From the NCBI RefSeq assembly GCF_018977255.1, contig NW_024704743.1, positions 105,712,001 through 105,776,000 on the forward strand: DNA of 64,000 nt, in the 5' to 3' direction. Origin of the DNA: Callorhinchus milii. Its lineage: Eukaryota. The notes beneath the pieces are model-generated. The model was not told the DNA's origin, made no database searches, and was given only the letters and a program-made list of their open reading frames with translations. The position numbers were made by a program, and so were the translations under genes. Positions 54,140 through 64,000 of this stretch are shown here, piece after piece. The first letter of the stretch is position 1, and every line of letters starts with the position of its first letter.

Positions 54140-54989
54140 CTGTAAAAGAACACAAATCTCTCAGTTTCTAATAAGTTACTTTTAAATAATATTGTTGAAG
54201 TAACAATGTGGAAAAGGAAGATATCCTTTTTCCCACCCAGGTATGGTTAAAAAAATAACGTAACCTGAAACAAAGTGTAACTTAAGTTATCCAGTGGATT
54301 TGTGAGGCACCACTCTAAATCCATGTTAATAGTTTTAGAGCCCTGAGGTTTTTAGATGAGCATTGACAGCATTCAATCTAATGCATCCAATACTCTCAAG
54401 CATTTTTATTAATTTATCTATAACTTCCAGGTTCATGTTTCTTTTAAAACTATAAAGCAGAACTTCACCCATTATCTTGAGGATCCAAGAGTGAAACACA
54501 GGACATTTACTTGCAGATTGTAGGCCATGTCCAATGCGTGTTCTCTGCTCGCCATGTAAATCATCCCTTCTTTTAAGTTTTTTCATGACACAAACTCTTT
54601 TGATCACCTTGTGTCTGTTTCCTAAGCAAACACAAAGCTCTGGAATTTGGCCATTATGTTTATTTATGAAAAACGATATTAAAAAATTATTTAATACATT
54701 GGGACTACCACCTCCTGATCTTGCATAATACCCAAATATTATAATACGTGTAGGTTTATAATGTTCGAAACAATATTCCCACATCAGTTTTGAAACAAAG
54801 AAAATAAGTCCAGCAAATTCCTACCACTAATAATCCTAAATTGGATACTCTGCGAGGTGACCCTCAGCCTCAGTATATTTCAGGGCAACTGCTCCCAGCA
54901 AACAGGTCTGTGAGGCTTTTCAGAGAATATTCTGTACACTGTACATTGATGCCATAAAAAAACAAATTTAAATAAAACCTGGGACACAC

Positions 54990-56125
54990 TTGAGGGTTAT
55001 GTACATGGTGCCACATTAAAGGCTGTTGCGTAAGATTAGAAACCATGGAATTAAAGGCAATATATTAGCATGGATTGGAGAGTGGCTAACAGGAAGAAAA
55101 CAGAGAGGAGGGATAAACAGGTCCTTCTCAGATTGGCAGGATGTGACTAGTGGAGTGCTTGAGTCTCAATTATTTTAGTCTATATCAATGGTTTAGATGA
55201 GGAAATAGAACTTAACATATCTAAATTCGCGGACGATACGAAGATAGGTGGGAGAGTAAGCTGTGAGGATGACACACGAAGAATGCAAAGGGAAATAGAC
55301 AGACTGGGTGAATGGGCAAGAAGGTGGCAGATGGAGTATAACGTGGGGAAGTGTGATGTTATTCACCTAGGTAGTAAAAATAGAAAAGCGGATTATTTTC
55401 TAGAGGGGGAGAGATAAGATAGTGTTAGTGTTCAAAGGGTGTCTTTGTACACCAGTCACAAAAAGCTAGTATGCAGGTACAGCAAGTAACTCGGAAGGCT
55501 AATGCCATGTTGGCGTTCATTGCAAAAGGGTTGGAGAAGTCTTGTTGCACTTGTCTAAGGCCTTGGTGAGACCACACCTAGAATATTTTGTGCAGTTTTG
55601 GTCTCATTTAAGAAAGGACATAATTGCCTTAGAGGGGGTTCAGCGTAGATTCACTAGGTTGGTTCCTGGGATGAAGGGGTTGACCTATGAGGATAGGTTG
55701 AGTAAACTAGGCCTATATTCCCTAGAATATAGAAGAATTAAAGGTGATCTTATAGAAACCTATAAGATTCTTAAGGGTCTTGACAGGGTAGATCCCATGA
55801 GACTGTTTCCCCTGGTTGGAGTATCTAAAACTAGGGTTCATAGTCTCAAGGTTAAGGGTCAGCCTTTTCGAACTGAGTTGAGGAAACATTTCTTCACTCA
55901 GAGGGTAGTGAATTTGTGGAATTCTCTACCCCAGAAGGCTGTGGATGCTCAGTCTTTGAACATATTCAAGACTGAGGTTGATAAGATTTCTAAAGGATAG
56001 AGGGATTAAGGGATATGGGGATATGGTGGGCAAATGGAATTAGGTTACAAGATCAGCCATGATCTTATTAAATGGCAGGGCAGGCTCGAGGGGCTGAATG
56101 GCCTATTCCTGCTCCAACGTCTTAT
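54990..56125 (+). mobile_element. 5'-truncated CR1 LINE related to the 13875-15340 copy
   Basis: KFADDTKIGG and RPHLEYFVQFWSHLRKD motifs, similar 3' UTR. Confidence 0.93.
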
Positions 56126-58494
56126 GGCACTTATTTGAGTTTTTCCCAATGTCTTGGCCAACAAGCCCCCAAATAACATTTGTCATTCACTCTATGGCTG
56201 TTTGTGGGACATTGTTGTGCACAAATTGACTGCCTCATTTGCCCACAAAATACACACAAACACTCCACTTTGCAGTATACCCTGTGAATAGTTTGAAACA
56301 TTTTGATAACATGATAAGGGATTATATCAAATGCAAGGATTATTATTAAATCTAAATGTTTCTTTTCTAAACTACCGACAAAGTTTGAAAGAATTTGCAA
56401 TTATATAGAGCCTCGACACATTAAAATATCACAAAATGTTTCACGAGCAACTACAGTTAGGTGTAGAAACCGTTTTGTGGGCAGCCATTTTGAGCCTGCG
56501 AGGACCCACAAAAATTCCACGAGATGAATGAACAATCAATGTGGAGAGTTGTTGACCAAGACATCAGTACACAACACATGCTTGTTTCAAATGGTATCAT
56601 GCGATCTTTGACATCTACAAGCCTACAAACAGGATTTAAGAATCATAGAAAAATAAAATCAATTTGTCAGTCCTGTGGGTTTAAATTATATAGTTGGTGA
56701 CTTACTTTTCAATAAAACCACAAGTCCAATGATTCAGCCTTTGTTTCTGCTGCCTGCAATGCAGCGTATGTCATTTTTGAAATAAAATCATTGGCCTAGT
56801 AGCACAAATTCTGTACACAAGTCCCCTGCTGGGAAAATGGAAGGATGACAAGAGGATCTGTATTTAAAGTACTGTGATAAGACACTCCCACATCTCATGG
56901 CTGAGCAGCAGACCAGCAGTCACAGAAGAACATAGCATACAACCAACATATTTTGAGATGCACGGTCACTACACTGCTGATTTCATAATATATATTTGTC
57001 AATACTCAAAACACAATTTGAGATCCACCAAACTCACTCAACTTTCAATTAGGTCAATATCTAGAAATGCATATGAACACTATATAATCATAAAATTATT
57101 ATGTACTGTATAATGAACAAAGGAAAATTAGACTTTTAAAAGTGCATCTATTGCAAGTACAGTAATAACATGACTTTTTCACAGAATGCCCAAATTAAAA
57201 ATCATTTTAGTCTTCAATTAAAAGTACAGAAATGTAATTACCAATCCTGGATCAGTAACAATATGATTCATTCAATCTGTCATGGCATAAACCACACTGG
57301 ATCTTAAAGATATCTAAAATAAACAGTAGTAAGTGGTGAGATTACTAAGGCAGATAGGCCACAACAGTACCAGTAAAGTGCACATGCACTGATCAAACCA
57401 CAAGATGCCTAATCTAACGGTCTCTGATTGGCTAGGCTTCCACTCAAAAGCAGCAAATTTGATCTGTATGCAAAATAGTCAAACGTATAATAAGCTGCAT
57501 TTGTGAAGTTAAGTGAGCCTTTGATGTTTGTTCCAGGTGCATTAATAACCGGAATGAAACCTATCGGGCTTCTGACCTGAATTTCAGCGATACACTGGCC
57601 ATTAAAAGGTACTTCTAGTTATTGAATGTTGGAGGAGATGCACTCGTGTGTATCAAACACTAAAGATACACAATCAGGTAAAATACTCGTACAGGTTTGG
57701 CAAACTTAAGCACCTCAATGTAGGATACCTCATGGTGGCCATATAATGAGGTCTGGAATAACTAATTATATGGCCACCGAGATACCTTCAAAACAACCTT
57801 TCGTCATTTTGACCCTTTCCAGTAAATAATGACTCTAAGTTTTCATTCTGACTAAATTCTCTTTCACTTCATGGATATGGCTAAGCTTTTAAAAAGAACA
57901 GATAACAAAGAGGGATGGTTTATAATGTCATGTCAGAATCTAAACCCTGGCTTTGCAGGCCTTATTTCCCAAAAGAAGCACGTGATTTCAGCTCCCAGCT
58001 GATCGATCAGTGAGCTAGTCTGCTTGTGGTCAGCCAGCCCCCTCTGTGGGTAAGATGGGCAGAATCCACAGGAATGCAAATTGTAAGAACAAAATTAACT
58101 GTCCAGTTTGTTCTCATTCTGCATTTAATGCAGACACATTGTAGGGAAGAGGAAGGAGCAGGGAAGGTAGAATACAAAACACAGACTCAAAGAGCAAGTT
58201 CTCCTCAACTGGTCTCTGGCACCTCCTGGAAGCAAATTATCGAGTAACAAAGACAAAGCCATAGCATGGGGGCAAAATATAAAGTTTTTTAAAATAAATA
58301 AAATGAGCAAATCCCCACACGAATTTAAGGTGGTGTGAGAAAAATAGCCAGTTTAATCTTAACAAAATTAAAAGGGAAAAGAAGATGAGAATCGTTTATG
58401 CTGCTATCTCCAAGCACTGCTATTTCCTGAAACATGATGAGAGATCACGACTCAACACAATCATCAACACAATCAGAGACTTTGCTTTTAGATG

Positions 58495-58912
58495 TCACCC
58501 TGGGTCAGTTAGTAGCACTTTCACCTCTGAGTTAGAAATGCGAGTTCAGGTCTATGTCAGGACTTGGAACTCATTGTCAAAGCTGACACTCCAATGCAAT
58601 GTTTGGTATGTGCTGCATTGTTAAGAGCTTCCATCCTTCAGATGAGAAGTTAAATCAAGGTCCGCTCTGTCTGTTCAGGTGAATATTGAAGGTAGTATTA
58701 TACTATTTGAAAAGAGAAGCGAGTTTCCCACCATGTCCTGTTCAATAATTCCCCCAAATAAAATTGGTCATTCACTTCATGGCTATTCGTGACACACTGC
58801 TGTATATAAATTGGCTTCAGTTACAAAAATACATTCACTACACTTTACAGTACACCCTGTGAAGTGCTTTGAGACTTGAAAGTTACTGTATCAAATACAA
58901 GGATTATTATAT
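58495..58912 (+). mobile_element. Deu-domain SINE (SacSINE1/AmnSINE1-like, family B), full length
   Basis: tRNA-like head, then core ttcagatgagaagttaaatcaaggtcc...ctgttcaggtg, recalled as the Deu domain, then shared tail. Confidence 0.8.
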
Positions 58913-61467
58913 TGCAGCGTTATGACCAGAGAAATGGCTTCCCCGGGTAGCAGCATGGCAAATGTATATTATAATCGTCAACTAAACTTGATCTACGAGC
59001 ATTTGATACTGACAATGGGTTCCCAAAAATAGCTAAGTATTCAATTTCCCGGTACTAACACTCCTACCATAAAAAAATTTCTTCCTTCCAACCTCTTTCT
59101 CCCTGGTACAACCATTTCTGTTTTCTTCTTTTATTGATACCATTTTGATAACTGTTCATAACCAGCAAAAATATGCCATCCCACAATACAACAGAATGCC
59201 CAATATGATTACTGTTTAACTGAATTCAAAACATATTTTGGAGTATATAGCGCACAGAGTGCACAATTGCTCTGCGCAATTGGTTGCTGCGTTTTGCCCA
59301 CAAATATACACTCAATTCACTTTACAGTATATTCTGCGAAGCGCTTTGAGACATCTTGAAGACGTGAAAATTGCTATATCAAATGCAAGGATTATTATTA
59401 TATATATTTTATATATACTAATGCAATTTCATTCAGATTAATCTGCTTAAATTTCCATTTATGATTTTATTTTGATACTAAGTTTCTGTAGTTCTAAAAT
59501 ACTTGGGAATGAAACTAACCCCTGAAAAGACTTTCATATCTGGTATCCATTTAGACTCTCCGCTATATTATGACAGCTATCACATTTTTGCTTTAATCGA
59601 TATTATCGATCCATATTACACATTCAGAATATCCCACATATCAGGAAAATGCATTCTAGATACAGTAGTAAATAATAAATAACCCTTGCATTTTATATGA
59701 TACTTATAAAGTCAAAACATTACAAAATATTCAAGAGTAGTAACTGTTTATTTGCAGCCAAATGTGCTGGCCATTTTGCACCCAAGTTCCCACAAAAGCC
59801 ATAAAGTGAATAATAATAATCCTTGCATTTGATATAGCGCCTTATCACCTCTTTGAGACGTCCCTGAACACTTCACAGAATATACTCAAAGTGAATTGAC
59901 TGTATATTTTGCAGGCGAAACGCAACAGCCAATTGCACACAACAGTGTCCCACAAACAGTCCTTTGTCGGATAATCAATTTATCTGGAGAATGGCCAGGA
60001 CACTGGAAGGCACTCTGTTCTCTTTTTCAAATAGTGAATGACGCATCTACAACTTGGCAGGGAAGAAAATCCTTCAAAACTCAAGTCCTGTTTGCATTTA
60101 ATTTGTATTCATTGAATTTACTTCTCGCTTGGAGCTCTCCAAGTTAAATAACTTACTTGCAACTAAATCACTAATTCCTCTTAGTTGTTTCAAAACCTAC
60201 AAGGTACATCCTCTCTGGCTTCTGTTCAACAATGACAATAAGCTCAGTTGTGCAAGGCTCTCTATAAAACACAAATCCTTCAGTGTGAATTAGTCATCAA
60301 CACCATTCTTGTCACTATTGGAGGTCCCGCAATAAAATGTAGCAAATCACCATGAAACATCTAGGACTGAAAATCTTTTGAGTGCTTGAGTGTCTCTTAC
60401 GCCATTAGCTGAAAGGTCAGCATTTCATTCCATAGACAGTACGTGCAACCAGGTAAAGGTCAGATTATTTAGGTAGATGTCAATTAGGACCAAAACTCTT
60501 CAATTACTTGATATATTTAAATGTAAATGCTGTACTATTTAAGTGGTAGCACTGTCACCTGAGCAATATAAATCCTTGCATTTGATATAGCACCTTTCAT
60601 GTCAGGAGGACAACTTAAAGTGCTTTACAGGATATACCAAGAAGTGCAATGTCAAGATTTTGTCCAGTTAATCATGTGGCCAGAGGCCTGGTTAGAAGTA
60701 GAAGACTTATCTTGTGTGATAAGGCACTATATCAAATGCAAGAATTATTATTATCTTTGTTTCGCTTCTCCAAGTCCTTTCTAATACACTGATATTCTTT
60801 TGAAAGTAGAAAGTCCAAACTGTACACAATATTCTAATTGTGGATTAACCAATGCAAGATTAAAATAATCGGTTTTACTTACGGTCTTATGCCCTTGAGT
60901 TGCAACCCATTATATTATACAGTATAACAATCCCTCTCTGTAATGTTCTCCGAGATAAAGAAAATTAACTAATGAACAGCAGCCATTTAAGATCAATTCT
61001 TGATGTTGCAATTTTTCAAATGTTTCCAAAATCCTGTGATTTTGTTTCTTAAAAAAATGATGAGCAAATAAAAGAAAAGCAATCTAACGATTTTCTTGTA
61101 TTTGTTGTTCCGATGTTTTTACTGGATCCCTTGAACGTTAGACACCTCACTTGGAAGGAGCTGAAATTAACACAGGAAATAAGAGCGTTTAAGCAAAGGA
61201 TCAAGGGCGATGGGGAGAGTTGTTCTATGATGCAATAATAATAATAATAATCATTGCATTTGATAGAGCGCTTATCACGTCTTCTCGACGTCTCAACGCG
61301 CTTCACAGAATAGACTGTGAAGTGGCTGTATATGTGTGGGCGATGACACTTTGCTCACAGTTTCTAATAAGATTTTAACACGTCTGTAAGTGGAAGCTCG
61401 GGTTTGTTCATGTGGATCGACAAGAATCTCAGTTTGGCGGCTGCTATATTTGAAGGCTGAATGGCTA

Positions 61468-61808
61468 TACCCCCCCACAACCCACCCCACTACACCCCAC
61501 CCTACACCCCAGCCCACTACACCCCACCCCACTACCCCCCCACCCCACCCCCAACCCCACTACACCCCCACCCCCACTACACCCCCCCACCCCACCCCAC
61601 TACCCCCCCACCCCACCCCCAACCCCACTACACCCCCCCCACCCCACCCCCAACCCCACTACACCCCCACCCCCACTACACCCCACCCTACACCCCACCC
61701 CACTATACCCCACCCCACCCCACTACCCCCCACCCCACCCCCAACCCCACTACACCCCCAACCCCACTACACCCCCCCACCCTACACCCCACCACCCCCC
61801 CACCCCCC
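61468..61808. repeat. C-rich degenerate tandem array (CACCC / CCCCACTACACCC units)
   Basis: Direct reading. Confidence 0.95.
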
Positions 61809-61850
61809 GGCTGCAGTAGTGCGGGATCTGGTGCAGTTCAGCGAGGCTGA

Positions 61851-61883
61851 GGTGTGTGTGGTGTGTGTGTGTGTGTGTGTGTG
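61851..61883. repeat. (GT)n microsatellite
   Basis: Direct reading. Confidence 0.9.
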
Positions 61884-62127
61884 AGGGACACGCGGCGCCC
61901 GCGCCACTCGCTTTGAACCTCAGCGTCCAATTGTGTGTTACTCGGCCTCAAGGTCCATCCGATCAACCGCCGCGGGCACAGCTCCTGTCATACAGGGCCT
62001 CGTCCGTGAGACCGAGGGAGAGAATGGGGCCTTGGTTCAGAGTGAAGTGACCAGTCCCGGCCCCGCTCTGAGGGTGGGGGGAGGGGGAGAGAGAAGAGCA
62101 GCCCCGGGGAAAGCTCTGCTCTGCTCG

Positions 62128-62430
62128 CGGGTCGGGCCGTGTCGGGGAGTGCCGGGCCGGGCCGGGTCGGGGAGGGCCGGGCCGTGTCGGGGAGTGCCGG
62201 GCCGGGCCGGGTCGGGGAGGGCCGGGCCGGGCCGGGTCGGGAAGGGCCGGGTCGGGGAGTGCCGGGCCATGTCGGGGAGGGCCGGGGAGGGCCGGGTCGG
62301 GGAGGGCCGGGCCGGGCCGGGGAGGGCCGGGCCAGGTCGGGGAGGGCCGGGTCGGGGAGGGCCGGGCCAGGGAGGGCCGGGCCGGGCCAGGGAGGGCCGG
62401 GCCAGGTCGGGGAGGGCCGGGCCGGGCCGC
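62128..62430. repeat. GC-rich pentamer array (GGGCC/GGGTC/GGGGA)
   Basis: Direct reading. Confidence 0.95.
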
Positions 62431-62454
62431 TCTCACGGTAACGGCCTCACTCAC

Positions 62455-62529
62455 CGTGCTCTTCTTGGACACCATCTTATCCATCTTCTTGGCGATTCGG
62501 ACGATCTCCTCCTCCTCCTTCCTGCTCAT
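62455..62529 (-). CDS. TCEA1: TFIIS coding exon 1 (MSRKEEEEIVRIAKKMDKMVSKKST)
   Basis: ATG in CpG-rich region, ACG|gtgagt donor, TFIIS N-terminal helix. Confidence 0.93.
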
Positions 62530-62594
62530 CGCGTGTCTAATGGTCTCGGTCGGAGCAGCCGGTCTGCCTGAGTGTCCCGCCCCCCTCCCCCTGT

Positions 62595-63678
62595 CTGGTG
62601 TATATGGTCTTGTGTGTGTGTGTGTATATGGTCTCTCCGGTGTATGTGGTGTCGGGGGGTGTGTATGGTCTCCGGGGGGTGTATGCGGTGTCGGGGGGTG
62701 TATGAGGTGTCGGGGGGTGTGTATGGTCTCCGGGGGGTGTATGTGGTCTCTGGGGGGGGGGGGGGGGTGTCGGGGGGGGGGTGGTGTCGGGGTGTGTGGG
62801 GGGGGGGAGGGTGGTGTCGGGGTGTGTGTGGTGTCGGGGTGTGTGGGGGGGAGGGTGGTGTCGGGGTGTGTGTCGGGGTGTGTGGTGTCGGTGTGTGTGG
62901 GGGGGGTGGTCTCTGGGGTGTGTGGTGTCGGTGTGTGTGGGGGGGTGGTCTCTGGGGGTGTGTGGTGTCGGTGTGTGTGGTGTCGGGGTGTGTGTGGGGG
63001 TGTGTGGTGTCGGTGTGTGTGGTGTCGGGGTGTGTGTGGGGGGGTGTCGGGGTGTGTGTGGGGGGGTGGTCTCTGGGGGTGTGTGGTGTCGGTGTGTGTG
63101 TGGTGTCGGTGTGTGGGGGGGGGTGGTCTCTGGGGGTGTGTGGTGTCGGGGTGTGTGTGTGTGGTGTCGGTGTGTGTGGGGGGGGTGGTCTCTGGGGTGT
63201 GTGGTGTCGGGGTGGTGTGTGTGGTGTCGGTGTGTGTGGGGGGGGTGGTCTCTGGGGGTGTGTGGTGTCGGGGTGTGTGGGGGTGTGTGGTGTCGGGGTG
63301 TGTGTGTGTGGTGTCGGGGTGGTCTCTGGGGGTGTGTGGTGTCGGTGTGTGGGGGTGTGTGGTGTCGGGGTGTGTGGTGTCGGTGTGTGGGGGGGGTGGT
63401 CTCTGGGGGTGTGTGGTGTCGGGGTGTGTGGTGTCGGGGTGTGTGGGGGTGTGTGGTGTCGGGGTGTGGGGGGGGTGGTCTCTGGGGGTGTGTGGTGTCG
63501 GGTTGTGTGGTGTCGGGGTGTGTGTGGGGGGGTGTCGGGGTGTGTGTGTGTGGTGTCGGTGTGTCGGGGTGTGTGGGGGGGTGTGTGTGGGGGGGTGTCG
63601 GGGTGTGGGGTGTCGGGGTGTGTGTGGGGGGGTGTCGGGTGTCGGGGTGTGTGTGTGTGGTGTCGGTGTGTGGGGTGA
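62595..63678. repeat. GT-rich minisatellite (GTGTGGTGTCGGG / GGTGGTCTCTGGGG units)
   Basis: Direct reading. Almost no A on + over ~900 bp. Confidence 0.95.
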
Positions 63679-63861
63679 GAGAGGGCTTCGGTTTCTCACA
63701 GAAACACAAAGGCCTCGAGAGCCCTTTCCAGAAGCGCGAACCGCGCGCACAGACAGCCCAAAGCAATGGAAAAAAGCCATCGCGTAAACAGAGGACAGGG
63801 GCCCGAAGGAGGCCCGAGTAATCGACACGCGAGCAAGTCGCTCGGGCTCCAAAAACGTTCA

Positions 63862-64000
63862 CTCTCTCTCTCTCTGCCTGGCAATGCTCCTGCACCCTCT
63901 CTCTGCCTGGCAATGCTCCTGCACTCTCTCTCTCTCTCTGCCTGGCAATGCTCCTGCACCCTCTCTCTGCCTGGCAATGCTCCTGCACTCTCTCTCTCGC
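63862..64000. repeat. Tandem repeat (CT)n-GCCTGGCAATGCTCCTGCAC, 4 copies, reaching the window edge
   Basis: Direct reading. Confidence 0.9.

Larger units (their letters stand above)
61880..62600. promoter_or_regulatory. CpG island over TCEA1 exon 1, with GC box (GGGGCGGG on -, ~62576-62583)
   Basis: High GC and CpG density against an AT-rich, CpG-depleted background. A second CpG-rich block lies at ~63680-63850. Confidence 0.7.

Noticed and set aside
61390..63988. Long ORFs (up to 629 aa) rich in P/T/H, G/V/C or G/R
   Set aside because: By-products of stop-free tandem repeats, open in several frames. Only 62455-62529 is a real coding exon.
63862..64000. Repeat-spacer pattern resembling a CRISPR array
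   Set aside because: Spacers are just (CT)n, the context is vertebrate, and there are no cas genes.

Overview
Vertebrate genomic DNA, probably a cartilaginous fish (chimaera/shark; inferred from the repeat complement). It is AT-rich and densely packed with CR1 and L2 LINE fragments and two tRNA-derived SINE families. Two convergent protein-coding genes can be assembled by hand. (1) On +, an RZ-family regulator of G-protein signalling, best called RGS20: four coding exons 7678-25800 with a cysteine string and RGS box, 218 or 214 aa from ATG 7681, and any upstream exon not identified. (2) On -, a complete 10-exon TFIIS gene, best called TCEA1: CDS 62529->30442, 918 nt, 305 aa. I found no convincing new multi-gene system. 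The most notable signals are: a minor-spliceosome (U12) AT-AC intron in TCEA1 that carries a SINE; tandem acceptors 12 nt apart that switch the end of the RGS cysteine string between C-LTVR-N and W-N; a 620-bp fold-back element with a 14-bp target-site duplication and a hammerhead-ribozyme-like core, nested in an unclassified repeat; modular SINEs sharing a structured L2-type tail; and three G-skewed tandem arrays around TCEA1 exon 1. Exon boundaries were counted by hand. Repeat boundaries are approximate (tens of bp), and family names come from recall, not a database search.
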